From: a virus
Taxonomy: Duplodnaviria > Caudoviricetes
Length of the DNA: 64,000 nt
Reading direction: 5' to 3' (one strand)
Virus record (IMG/VR): IMGVR_UViG_3300035208_003026
Coordinates: 1 to 64,000 of that record
Under the pieces are notes generated by a model. That model searched no databases, had not been told where the DNA came from, and saw nothing but the letters and a program-made list of their open reading frames with translations. Position 1 is the stretch's first letter. Each line of letters begins with the position of its first letter. Below are positions 18,396 through 28,217 of this stretch, in pieces. The translations under genes were made by a program, and so were the position numbers.

Positions 18396-19708
18396 TGAAT
18401 ACTATTCGAGGACAAGTGAAAGAAACGATTATGATAGATACAGCTGCCGAATTCAATTATAAGGATGTTGAATACCCTGTTGTAAATGTTGATGAGGTTG
18501 AATATTGCAAACTTAATGTGCATTACGAAGCTGATCCAGAGAAGGTTCAGGAGAAGATAAATGAAGCCATATCAAGTCTTCGAAATGTGAAGATGCCAGG
18601 TTTCCGTAAGGGAAAGGCTCCTGATTCTGCGATTAAGATGCGAATGCGTCCGCAGATTAACCAATATCTTGCTCGTGAAATGGCCTCAGAAGCTATTGAT
18701 GATGTTGTTTTTGAAACAGGTATCAAACTTCTTGGTCAGCCAATCTTCCAAAATGTACTTATCAATGGAAATAAGTTTTCTTGTGACGTTGAAATGGTGA
18801 AGAAGCCAGATCTCACTGTTGACAACATTAAGTTTGATGTTCCAAAGCCTCCGGTTGAGGATGTTGAAAGTCTTGTTGAGAAATCTCTTTTGAATCTTCG
18901 AATTCGTGTGGGTGAAATCAATCCATATGAAGATGATGATTTTGTTGAGATGGGAGATCAAGTAACATTCTCATTCTCTGCAACAATTGATGGCCAGGAG
19001 TTTGATGGTTCAACAGTTGAAGGTGAGATGTATCAAATCGGCTCTGATAGATGGGTTGGTTGGGATGATAATCTTCTCGGAATGAAGGCAGATGAAACAA
19101 AGGAATTCGAGTTTACGTTTAGCAATGGTCCAGAGATTATTGTTGGAAAGACTGCGAAGTTTTCTGTAACTATTCATATGGGAACGAAGCGTAAGCCTCA
19201 CCCGATTAATGAAGAGTTTTACAAGATCATGGGAGTTACCGATATTGAAGTTCTCATGAGTAAGCTTCGAAGTATTGCTAAGGCATCTGTTGATAGGCGA
19301 GAAGCTGAAGCCATTCGTAATCAAGTAGGTATCAAGCTAGTTGAAAACAACAAGTTTGATGTTCCTGAGTTTTTGATCGAGAATGAGGCGCGAGCTGGCG
19401 CTGCACAAATGGGTATCAATCTAAATGATACAACAGAAAATGAAAAGAAGATTTTCACAGAACAAGCTGAAAGAAATCTTCGTTTATCTCTGATATTAGA
19501 TACCATTCGAGAAAACGAACCGGATTCTGTTTTAAATGAAACAGAAGCTCGTCAGAAGCTGGCTAATCATATTCAACTTCGTGGACAAGATCCTAACGAA
19601 CTATTTAACAACCCAGCAATGAGTACACAACTCTTCTTTCTATTAAAAGCAATTAAGGAAGAATTCACCTTACAGTGGGTTGCTAAGCAAGCAAATATCG
19701 TTGAGTAA
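18389..19708 (+). CDS. tig: trigger factor (ribosome-associated chaperone/PPIase)
   Basis: ribosome-binding signature PGFRKGKAP, FKBP-like middle (GDQVTFSF..IDGQEFDG..LLGMKADE), C-terminal FDVPEFLI; full length. Confidence 0.88.
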   Translation: MVMNTIRGQVKETIMIDTAAEFNYKDVEYPVVNVDEVEYCKLNVHYEADPEKVQEKINEAISSLRNVKMPGFRKGKAPDSAIKMRMRPQINQYLAREMASEAIDDVVFETGIKLLGQPIFQNVLINGNKFSCDVEMVKKPDLTVDNIKFDVPKPPVEDVESLVEKSLLNLRIRVGEINPYEDDDFVEMGDQVTFSFSATIDGQEFDGSTVEGEMYQIGSDRWVGWDDNLLGMKADETKEFEFTFSNGPEIIVGKTAKFSVTIHMGTKRKPHPINEEFYKIMGVTDIEVLMSKLRSIAKASVDRREAEAIRNQVGIKLVENNKFDVPEFLIENEARAGAAQMGINLNDTTENEKKIFTEQAERNLRLSLILDTIRENEPDSVLNETEARQKLANHIQLRGQDPNELFNNPAMSTQLFFLLKAIKEEFTLQWVAKQANIVE

Positions 19709-20099
19709 AGGAAAAAAAAGAAAAATGGCAAGAGTAAAGAAGAATAAGGCATCTACTGCTCCCGATGGTTTTCCCGAGAAGTCTTGGAATAAACTATCTG
19801 ATACTTGGAGGGATGCAGCCCAGGCAAAGCAAACCGAAGAACTTGAACAGGATATTATTAAAGCTGTTCGTAATATGGCAAATACATCATTTGATATGAA
19901 TAATGATGATAAGTTAAAGATTCTTCAAGAAGATGTAAAGGAATTAAAGGGTTCTTATACAGAGACGATTGCAATTGAAAAAGCTAAGATTGATTTCTGT
20001 GTATTTCTCTTTAACACTCGTGGTGTTGCACCTTCAAAGAGCACAAAAGATGCTGTGAAGAATGCTGCTGAGGCGGATGATGGAGAGGAAGCAAACTAA
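19680..20099 (+). CDS. hypothetical protein (likely start ATG 19725)
   Basis: 139-aa ORF. Confidence 0.6.
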   Translation: MLSKQISLSKGKKRKMARVKKNKASTAPDGFPEKSWNKLSDTWRDAAQAKQTEELEQDIIKAVRNMANTSFDMNNDDKLKILQEDVKELKGSYTETIAIEKAKIDFCVFLFNTRGVAPSKSTKDAVKNAAEADDGEEAN

Positions 20100-20379
20100 G
20101 GCTTGTTGCGGTGGTGGTGGGTATATCTTTATTTTGGATGTACCCATCAACAGACGTGCATTGTCTGCTTTTCAAAATGCAGGGTATCGCACATCCAATG
20201 TCTATACATCGGCTGGTGTATTCTTTGTTGAGAAGAGTAGTGTCACTGCCAGCGGACCGTTTGGTGGAACCAAAATACATGTACGATGTGGTGGTTCCCC
20301 AATCTGTCCTCAATTGTTAGACGATCTTGAAAACACTTTCAATATTGCTGCTACAATTCCGGCAGAGGAGCCAAAGTAA
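20062..20379 (+). CDS. hypothetical protein
   Basis: 105-aa ORF, TAATG-coupled to the next gene. Confidence 0.55.
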   Translation: MLLRRMMERKQTKACCGGGGYIFILDVPINRRALSAFQNAGYRTSNVYTSAGVFFVEKSSVTASGPFGGTKIHVRCGGSPICPQLLDDLENTFNIAATIPAEEPK

Positions 20380-20765
20380 TGACAATTTCTTTACTCCTAA
20401 ACGATTTCTTAGATGACTTGGTTGATTTTAAACCAATGTCACTCGGGCAGATTGTATGGTTTACGAAATCTCACAAACATTTCGTTAAGATTTGTATGCT
20501 AGCTCGTAATAGTTCTAGGTCTGCTAAGTATTTTTTGAAGCAATGCGAATCTCTCAATACAGAAAATGAGATTTCTGATATTCAATTGTCCGCACTGATC
20601 GTAATCATTGGCGAGATTGAGAATCTAGGAACTCATAACATATACGACGCTTTGGTGTCGAGAACCTCGAAGGCAGCGGGTAATAGTTATTGGTCGCGAG
20701 GAATGGCGACCTCTTACTTGCTACACAGAGAGGTTACTTGTGAGACAATACGTAAGTCTGCATAA
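20379..20765 (+). CDS. hypothetical protein
   Basis: 128-aa ORF. Confidence 0.55.
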   Translation: MTISLLLNDFLDDLVDFKPMSLGQIVWFTKSHKHFVKICMLARNSSRSAKYFLKQCESLNTENEISDIQLSALIVIIGEIENLGTHNIYDALVSRTSKAAGNSYWSRGMATSYLLHREVTCETIRKSA

Positions 20766-23700
20766 TCACACTATTGGGTCAATTGGTGACAGCCTCATTA
20801 CACCAAAGCAACTTATTGAGGCAACCCAAGAAGCTGGACAGAGAGCTGTGGCCGTAACTGACCATGGCTCGATGTCACGTCTCTGGGAAACATATAAAGC
20901 AGCAAAGAAAGCTGGCATCAAGCTTATCGCGGGTTGTGAGATTTACTTCGTTGAAGATGCGTCCAACGAAAATGATACAACACTTACCCATTTGGTTCTA
21001 TTGGCAAAGAACCAAAAGGGCTATCAGAATTTGCTTACCCTAAATAAAAAGGGGTTTGACCAACAAAATGTAATTGGCAAACGAGCAATTTCTCGTGTTG
21101 ATTGGAAGTTGTTGGAACAATACCACGAAGGTTTAATTTGCACATCAGCTTGTGGTAATGGTATTGTTGCCCAATGCGTAATGCGAGATGATTTTGCAAG
21201 AGCTGAAAGAACAGCTCTACATCTTCAACAGATTTTTGGGGATGATTTTACTCTTGAACTGCAGCCACATAACCTGCAGCGTAGAGCTTCTGCGTATTCT
21301 GGTGCTGTCAATCAGCAAAAGGTTAACCTAGTTCTTAAAAAGTTGAGTGAGAAGCTTGGTATCCGTTGTATTGTTGCAACGGATGCACATTACATAAGGC
21401 AAGCGCATCACAAAGCACATGATGTGTATCTGTGCGATACATCTGGCCAGCCTATTACTTCTGGTAACAGACTTCGATATGACAAACCAGACTTCTACGT
21501 CAAGAATGCTGAGGAGGTATATGAGCATTTTACTCGTCACATGAAGGTGTGGGGAGAAGAATTTGTCGAATCATTGTTCGAGAATACCATCTATTATGCT
21601 GATCAGTGTGAGGACGCTGCATGGATTTCTCCCGAAGTAATGACCGGAGAGAAGTCTCAGCTTCCAGAGTTCCCATATAAAGATGAGCCTGATTATGAGC
21701 AATTTAAGGCTTGGCAAGCTGAAGACTCAGGTTTTGATTTCAAACAGTTTAAGAAATCAGACATACCTGAGGATGCTCAGTTCTATAGATTCCGAACGCA
21801 AGAAGGTTTGGTAAAGAAAATCAATCAGGATAAGATTCCCGCATCTGATCTTCCTGAATGTATCCAGCAAAGCCTAGAAGAGTTTGATGTATTCGAATAC
21901 AGAGGGTTCTCTAGTTATATGTTAATTACTGCTGATGTATTAAAATGGGCTAGAGATAATAATATATTAGTATCTGCTGGCCGTGGTAGTTGTGGAGGGT
22001 CTTTAACAGCATATGTTAATAATATACATCAAGCATATCCGAAACGTTATGGGCTTATTTTTGCAAGATTTTTAAATAAGTATAAAGAAGCCTATCCTGA
22101 CGTTGATATGGATCTTGCTCCATCTGGGCGTGAAAAAATTATTGATTATTTGCGTAGAAAATATGGACCAGATAACATCGCTCATGTTTCTAACATTAAT
22201 ACCATTACTCCAAAAGTGTATGCGAGAGATATTGCTCGTGTATTTGAATTTGATGGTTCTAGATCTGCCGCAGCTGAAAAAGGCAATTTGATTGCGGATT
22301 CTATTCCTACTGAGATGCATACTGTTAAACAGGCTTTAGAAGAAGCTCCGTTATTTGCTGAATATGCTAAACAATATCCAGAGTTAGCAGAGTTTGCAGA
22401 ATTACTTTGTGGTTTGCCTAGAGCTTGGAGTACACATGCTGGTGGTGTGATTATATCAAAAAGACCTTTAGAAGGTCTTGTACCACTTAGACGTGATAAT
22501 ACTGGTGTTTTAGTTTTAGAGTATGATAAAATAATTGCTGAGGAGAATGGCCTTATAAAATATGATTTTTTAGGGTTAGAAACACTTGATATTATTAATG
22601 AAACATATAAGTTGATAAAAGACTCAGGAAAAGAAATTATTGATTTTGATTATGAAATATATGATAAGAAAACATATGATCTTATAAGTGATGGAGATAC
22701 TTTTGGTGTATTTCAGCTCGGATCAACTGCTGTTAATGTATGTAAAAAAGTAAAACCAAAAAATATAGATGATATTGCACTAATATCTGCTTTAGTACGT
22801 CCATCATCGAAAGATTCAATTCCAGCAGTTTTGGATGTAAGAAATGAAAATAAAAAAGTTTCCTTACCACACAAAGATTTAGAAAGATCTTTTGGTAATA
22901 CATACGGAATTGGATTGTATGAAGAATCATTATTGTTTCTTGCTGGTGATTTTAGTGGTTGGGATTTAAACGAAGCAGATAAGCTTCGTAAGTTAACAAA
23001 GGAGAAGGGTAAAAATCCTGAAAAAGTTAAACAATGGAAAGAAGAATTTATTGAATCTGCTTATAAAAGAGGACACTCTAAAGAATTTGCTGATGAAGTA
23101 TGGGGTAAGTATGTAGAATCTTTCCAGGGATATGGTTTTAATAAGTCAGTCACAGAAGATGAATTAGTTAATATATTTACTTTAGAAGGAAAGTTCATAA
23201 TCTCAAAACCAATCAAGGATATTCAACCAGGAGAATTTGTCCGTTCGCGAAATGAGGAAACTGGTGAGGACATCTATATCGAAGTGATTCGTAATCATGA
23301 TCATGGAGAGTTGGAAGTGGTTGAGGTAGAGCTTGAGACTGGGGAGAAGGTAAAATGTACAATGAATCACAAGTTCAGGGTGCAAGAAACCGGAGAGATG
23401 TTACCACTTTGGAAAATTATTGAGCTTGGTTATTCTATGGTTGTGAGTGAAAATATATCGATAACAGATGAAGATTGGGTTGAAACGGTAGTTAATAAAG
23501 ATGAAGAACTTGCTCAAATCAAAAACCAAATAGTTGCAGGCCTTGGGTTATCTCAGGATCAAATTGGAGAACATCCACTTCATATATATGAACTCAAACA
23601 AAAGATAGAAAACTATGACCTTTTGGTAACCACAATTAGGAATATTCTCACTAAAGCAGGAATTCCTGACCGTGAGGATTATCCTGATGAAAATGTTGAT

Positions 23701-23946
23701 GAATATGAGAAGTCTTTAAGAGCTGCTGGAAGAGTAATTGCGCTTGATCAACGTGTAAAATTAGCTTGTGATAATACATTCTCAGCTAAAAGAATGGCTA
23801 GAAAAGATCCTGAAATCATTAAACAATTTCTAGAAGATTTAGCTTGGGAATTAGAAGAAGTTTATAAGAATTCAGAAACAGGATTAGCTCCAACGTTTAT
23901 TAACAAAGCTGTTTATGAAATCAGTACAATAAAGGAATTTGTATGA
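20740..23946 (+). CDS. dnaE: DNA polymerase III alpha, N-terminal part fused to split-intein N-fragment
   Basis: PHP motifs HNH, TDHG, DAHY; GRGS, PDVDMD, HAGG, KYDFLGL; ends GYGFNK then Hint sequence. Confidence 0.93.
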   Translation: MRQYVSLHNHTIGSIGDSLITPKQLIEATQEAGQRAVAVTDHGSMSRLWETYKAAKKAGIKLIAGCEIYFVEDASNENDTTLTHLVLLAKNQKGYQNLLTLNKKGFDQQNVIGKRAISRVDWKLLEQYHEGLICTSACGNGIVAQCVMRDDFARAERTALHLQQIFGDDFTLELQPHNLQRRASAYSGAVNQQKVNLVLKKLSEKLGIRCIVATDAHYIRQAHHKAHDVYLCDTSGQPITSGNRLRYDKPDFYVKNAEEVYEHFTRHMKVWGEEFVESLFENTIYYADQCEDAAWISPEVMTGEKSQLPEFPYKDEPDYEQFKAWQAEDSGFDFKQFKKSDIPEDAQFYRFRTQEGLVKKINQDKIPASDLPECIQQSLEEFDVFEYRGFSSYMLITADVLKWARDNNILVSAGRGSCGGSLTAYVNNIHQAYPKRYGLIFARFLNKYKEAYPDVDMDLAPSGREKIIDYLRRKYGPDNIAHVSNINTITPKVYARDIARVFEFDGSRSAAAEKGNLIADSIPTEMHTVKQALEEAPLFAEYAKQYPELAEFAELLCGLPRAWSTHAGGVIISKRPLEGLVPLRRDNTGVLVLEYDKIIAEENGLIKYDFLGLETLDIINETYKLIKDSGKEIIDFDYEIYDKKTYDLISDGDTFGVFQLGSTAVNVCKKVKPKNIDDIALISALVRPSSKDSIPAVLDVRNENKKVSLPHKDLERSFGNTYGIGLYEESLLFLAGDFSGWDLNEADKLRKLTKEKGKNPEKVKQWKEEFIESAYKRGHSKEFADEVWGKYVESFQGYGFNKSVTEDELVNIFTLEGKFIISKPIKDIQPGEFVRSRNEETGEDIYIEVIRNHDHGELEVVEVELETGEKVKCTMNHKFRVQETGEMLPLWKIIELGYSMVVSENISITDEDWVETVVNKDEELAQIKNQIVAGLGLSQDQIGEHPLHIYELKQKIENYDLLVTTIRNILTKAGIPDREDYPDENVDEYEKSLRAAGRVIALDQRVKLACDNTFSAKRMARKDPEIIKQFLEDLAWELEEVYKNSETGLAPTFINKAVYEISTIKEFV
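23146..23445 (+). other. split intein N-fragment (IntN, Ser1)
   Basis: SVTEDELV... block A; KCTMNHKF block B (TxxH). Confidence 0.85.
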
Positions 23947-24053
23947 GTAATATCAAATCAGTAAAACCGGTTGGTAAAGCACAAACTTATGATCTTGAGG
24001 TAGCTCATCCAGATCATCAGTATTATTTGAGCAACGGAATGCTAACAAGCAAT
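23943..24053 (+). other. split intein C-fragment (IntC, 37 aa)
   Basis: block F TYDLEV, block G LTSN/S. Confidence 0.88.
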
Positions 24054-25403
24054 TCTCATGCTACTCTTTACTCAATGATATCTTTCCATACAGCATATCT
24101 CAAAGCTCACTATCCGGTTGAGTTCTTGGTTGCCAACTTAATGTCCGAAGTGTCTTCTAATGCAAAGGCCGCCAAAGACAATATCATGAAGATTAAGACT
24201 GAGATTCGAAATCGAAAGGTTAAGATTGTTCCGCCTCATTTAAACAACTCAGAGTTGTCCTGGAAAATTGTAGATGACAATACTCTAATGACTGGTTTAG
24301 ATTCTTTGAGAGGTATTGGTAAGGATGCTATTCCAGATATTGTATCTAAACGTCCATTTAAAAATTATCAGGATTTGATTTACCGAACGGATTCATCAAA
24401 GGTTCGGTCTACAAGTATCCAGGCAATGGCGGCATCGGGTTCTCTTGATGATTTCGGAATGGATCGTAAGACTATGTTCCATTACGCTTCTGATTATAGA
24501 GCAAAGCTTCGAAGCCATATGGATAAGTTGGAACGTGCTTGGGAGAAAGATTGGGCTAAATCAAACTTCTACACCAAGGGTTCAGATGATTCCGGTGAGT
24601 TTTGGAAGGATGGTTCTGGAAATAGACATGAAGTACCTGCTATTCCCAAGGATCGTATAGAAAAACATCTAGCTGAGTTTAAGTATCCATTCCCCAAAGA
24701 GAAGCCCTGGACAGTGCAAGAGATGTTTGCAATGGAAGAGCATTACATGGGAGAGGGTATCTCTGGAGATATCTTTGAAAGGTATCAAGGATTCTTTGAT
24801 AGGAAGAAGACCGTACCTTTCGAGGCTCTTAAACAGATGTTCCCATGGGAGAGTGTTGGTGATGATGAGCGCACTAATAGAAAAGCTAATACACACTATC
24901 TTGGTAACCACAAGATTCGACCATTAGAAGGTGTTGTTACATCTGTCTTTAGTTTTACAGTTAAGAAAGAGGATTCTCCTATCTTTGGACAAGAGATGGC
25001 AAGACTAACGATCCAAGATCCTTGGGGTGATGAATCGAGCCTCCTTTGTTTCCCGGAAGCTTGGGACGGAATGAAAACAAGACTAAAAGAACTCTCTGGT
25101 AACAAACAAGAGGTTGTTCCAGGTATTGCTATTAGGTTTTTAGGATCTTTTCAATGGGAAAATGAAGCTTCAACATCTTTTGTATTATCGGATATATTGG
25201 ATTACAAAGCTCCTCCAAGTCTACCTACGGATCGAGAATCTAAGAAGGTTAAAATGCCAAGGGCTAAAGCTAAAGCTAAAGATCTCGAAGAGATGGAACC
25301 CGAAGAAATGCTTAATGTCTTGGAAGATGAAATGTTGGGAGATGGATTATCCACTGTCAACGATTTAGAGGATATAGAATCTATTGAATCGCGTGAAGAT
25401 TAA
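23943..25403 (+). CDS. dnaE: split-intein C-fragment fused to DnaE C-terminal part
   Basis: MSNIKSVKPVGKAQTYDLEV...MLTSN|SHATLYS..YLKAHYPVEF; HhH LRGIG; OB fold. Confidence 0.92.
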   Translation: MSNIKSVKPVGKAQTYDLEVAHPDHQYYLSNGMLTSNSHATLYSMISFHTAYLKAHYPVEFLVANLMSEVSSNAKAAKDNIMKIKTEIRNRKVKIVPPHLNNSELSWKIVDDNTLMTGLDSLRGIGKDAIPDIVSKRPFKNYQDLIYRTDSSKVRSTSIQAMAASGSLDDFGMDRKTMFHYASDYRAKLRSHMDKLERAWEKDWAKSNFYTKGSDDSGEFWKDGSGNRHEVPAIPKDRIEKHLAEFKYPFPKEKPWTVQEMFAMEEHYMGEGISGDIFERYQGFFDRKKTVPFEALKQMFPWESVGDDERTNRKANTHYLGNHKIRPLEGVVTSVFSFTVKKEDSPIFGQEMARLTIQDPWGDESSLLCFPEAWDGMKTRLKELSGNKQEVVPGIAIRFLGSFQWENEASTSFVLSDILDYKAPPSLPTDRESKKVKMPRAKAKAKDLEEMEPEEMLNVLEDEMLGDGLSTVNDLEDIESIESRED

Positions 25404-25411
25404 GGAAAAAT

Positions 25412-25474
25412 ATGAGATGTATGACATGTGGTGCTGATATCCCACCTCAATGGGTTCATGCATTAAAATGTTAA
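25412..25474 (+). pseudogene. displaced 5' stub of the 26517 gene
   Basis: MRCMTCGADIPPQWVHALKC* vs MRCMNCGVEIPPAWVKCLEL; AAGGA RBS retained. Confidence 0.8.
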
Positions 25475-25533
25475 ATTCAACCTGAATTGTTGTACTATTA
25501 TATTATAATCTATACATTTTGTAATATATTAGT

Positions 25534-26505
25534 ATGGATAAGATTTGCAAAGTTTGTTTGAATAATAAATCTGATGAGTGTTTTCGCAAGAACAGTGCAA
25601 CATGCAAAGAGTGTAATTGTAAAAAACAAGCTATTTATCGTAAAAATAACAAAAAAGTTATTAATGAGAAGAATAAGGCTTATTATTTAGCTAATAAAGA
25701 GAGTATTCTGCAAAAAGAAGCAGAATATAGAAAAAGAAACATAGATATTATTAGGAAAAAAGATAGAGAACGGACAAAACAAAGAAAAAGAATAAAGAAA
25801 GAAAAGTTTTGTACAATTTGTAATAAAATAATTAGTTCGTATAAAAAATATTGTGATGTATGTCGTGAAATTGGTTACGAGAAAATAAATAAACAATATA
25901 TTGAGAGCAATAAAGATGCGATTAAGAAACGTAGAAAAGAATATTATGATAATAATAAAGAAAAAATTAAGTTAAAAATTAAATTATATATTGAACGTAA
26001 TAAAGATCTTATTTCTAAAAAAGCTCATAGTAATTATGTAAAGCATAAAGATAAATATGCAAAGTATCATAAAGAATATCGTGCTAAAAATAAAGAAAAG
26101 ATAAAAGAAAATAGAAAAATATATGAAGATAAAAAGAAAAATGATTTGAATTTACGTATAAGACGCAGGGTTAGGAATGCGGTTTATTGTGCGTTACATA
26201 GAAATGGATTTGAGAAAGATGGGTCGATACTTTCAAAATTACCATACACCATTAGTGATCTTAGATTTCATTTAGAATCATTATTTGAACCATGGATGAA
26301 TTGGGATAATTGGGGAGTTTATGATCCTGAAACGTGGGATGATAATAATCAGAATACTTGGACTTGGCAAATTGATCATATTATTCAACAGAGGGATTTG
26401 ATATATGATTCAATGGATCATCTAAACTTCAAATTATGTTGGGCTTTGGAAAATTTAAGGCCTTATAGTGCTAAGGCTAATATAAAAGAAAGTAAAAGAA
26501 AGTAA
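25534..26505 (+). CDS. free-standing HNH-type endonuclease with zinc fingers and Lys-rich repeats
   Basis: CKVC/CKEC/CTIC/CDVC; WQIDHI...NLRPYSAKAN; very AT-rich. Confidence 0.8.
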   Translation: MDKICKVCLNNKSDECFRKNSATCKECNCKKQAIYRKNNKKVINEKNKAYYLANKESILQKEAEYRKRNIDIIRKKDRERTKQRKRIKKEKFCTICNKIISSYKKYCDVCREIGYEKINKQYIESNKDAIKKRRKEYYDNNKEKIKLKIKLYIERNKDLISKKAHSNYVKHKDKYAKYHKEYRAKNKEKIKENRKIYEDKKKNDLNLRIRRRVRNAVYCALHRNGFEKDGSILSKLPYTISDLRFHLESLFEPWMNWDNWGVYDPETWDDNNQNTWTWQIDHIIQQRDLIYDSMDHLNFKLCWALENLRPYSAKANIKESKRK

Positions 26506-26516
26506 TAGGATTTAAT

Positions 26517-27269
26517 ATGAGATGTATGAATTGTGGTGTTGAAATACCACCAGCTTGGGTTAAGTGTCTTGAGTTAAACAGGTGCCCAGCATGCGATGGC
26601 GAGATTATGAATCAGGTATCTCAGGATCTTTTACAAGAATTAGCTGATGCAATGACTCGGATGCCAAATGATCCGCAGGGTGTTGCTGGCTGGCTATTAT
26701 CCAATTATCGATTTCAGAAAATGGGTTCTGCTGAACCTGTTGAGAAGTTCCATCGTAAGGGTGGTGAAAGAAGATCATCTGAAGATTTTGATGAATCTAA
26801 CATGAAGGTTGATCCTACGTACAATGAATTCATCAAGAGAAATAATGCAGCTGATCTAGTTGCTCGTGGTGAGAAGTTAGCTAAATTTAAGCATGGTGGT
26901 AATTCTCAGCTAGCAGAATATGCCTCTATGATTCAAGGGGTTGGCGATCCTTATGGTGATGATACTACAATAAATTTATCAGATGATGCTTCTCCAGATA
27001 TTGAAGACCAGAGAACTATGATGGCATTGGCTTCTGCTGGTCTGAATCCTTTCGCTGAAACTCCAGTTGGTGGAATTACTGATATGTCACAAGCTATCAA
27101 TCCAAGAGACGTTGAAAATCTTCTTACAAAAGGACAAACAGCTCCATTAAAAGAAGAGGTTCAGCTATCTCAGACAGCTGAAGGTCGAGCATATCTACAA
27201 AGAGATCAGTTTAAAAAACTAAAGGCGCAAGATGCAATCTCTGGCGGTGGTGGAGCATTTAGGAGATAA
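26517..27269 (+). CDS. zinc-ribbon hypothetical protein
   Basis: CMNC..CPAC at the N-terminus. Confidence 0.7.
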   Translation: MRCMNCGVEIPPAWVKCLELNRCPACDGEIMNQVSQDLLQELADAMTRMPNDPQGVAGWLLSNYRFQKMGSAEPVEKFHRKGGERRSSEDFDESNMKVDPTYNEFIKRNNAADLVARGEKLAKFKHGGNSQLAEYASMIQGVGDPYGDDTTINLSDDASPDIEDQRTMMALASAGLNPFAETPVGGITDMSQAINPRDVENLLTKGQTAPLKEEVQLSQTAEGRAYLQRDQFKKLKAQDAISGGGGAFRR

Positions 27270-27270
27270 T

Positions 27271-27507
27271 ATGGTTATTCAAAGAATTGGAAGTAAGAGT
27301 ATTGATGTGATAGAATATGAGGAGTTAAAAAAACTTGCTTCTCAAGGTATATCAGAAGAAGAAATTGGAAGCGTTGTTGCTGATTATGAAAATCAAGAGA
27401 ACGAGATTGATGCTATCAAGTCTTTTGAAGTAAAGCGTGAAGAGTATAAGCGTGAGCGTGCGCAGGATAATTTCAAATCAGGTTCAGGTTCCTTTAGGAG
27501 GGGCTAA
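27271..27507 (+). CDS. hypothetical protein
   Basis: AGGAG before ATG 27271 (in frame with listed ORF 27232-27507). Confidence 0.6.
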   Translation: MVIQRIGSKSIDVIEYEELKKLASQGISEEEIGSVVADYENQENEIDAIKSFEVKREEYKRERAQDNFKSGSGSFRRG

Positions 27508-28217
27508 TGGATTTGACTGAAAAAATGTATTTAGCAAAACAAGATTTGATATCTGTTCTTCTGAAACATGATATTTCATATGGTAGAGCATCCGAATATG
27601 CAAATAAGTATATTCGGGAGTTTGTTGAGAGTGGTGCATGGACTAGGGATGCTTTGGATGAATTAAAATCTTGGGTTTATGGTGAATCAAACAGACACGG
27701 TAATAAATACGATCACCCACTTTTCAATGACATATCTAAAGCCATAAGTCAGTACGTATTGACATTTGCCGAACGTGCTAGGTTGGAATTAGAGAATGAA
27801 AGTTCAGAATTATCTGAAGAAGAGCTTTCATCAAGAAGAGAAGATCTTATAGCTCTTGAAGAGATGGAATCAATCTGTTCAGGAAACAAAGAGTGTTCTG
27901 TAACAGATGAGCAGAAGGAATTGATTCAGGTTCTAACAGAAGGGCTTGATCCTGAGAAATTTGATCTTGATACCAAGCCGCCTGTTACCAAGGAAGAGAT
28001 AGAGCAGTTCAGAGTTTTGGGAAAGAAGTTTGGTTTAAATGAAGAGTCCATTGCTCAATGTATCGAGATAGCAACATTAGGTATATCTTCTCCAACAGCT
28101 TATGTTGAAAGAATCATTTCTCAACAGAACATTATTAATCAAAGAAGAGCGGATAATTTGTTTGCTATCAGATCAACTAGAAGTCGTGGTAATTTCAAGG
28201 TAAAGGAAAGAGTCTAA
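27507..28217 (+). CDS. hypothetical acidic protein
   Basis: 236-aa ORF with AGGAGG RBS. Confidence 0.65.
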   Translation: MDLTEKMYLAKQDLISVLLKHDISYGRASEYANKYIREFVESGAWTRDALDELKSWVYGESNRHGNKYDHPLFNDISKAISQYVLTFAERARLELENESSELSEEELSSRREDLIALEEMESICSGNKECSVTDEQKELIQVLTEGLDPEKFDLDTKPPVTKEEIEQFRVLGKKFGLNEESIAQCIEIATLGISSPTAYVERIISQQNIINQRRADNLFAIRSTRSRGNFKVKERV

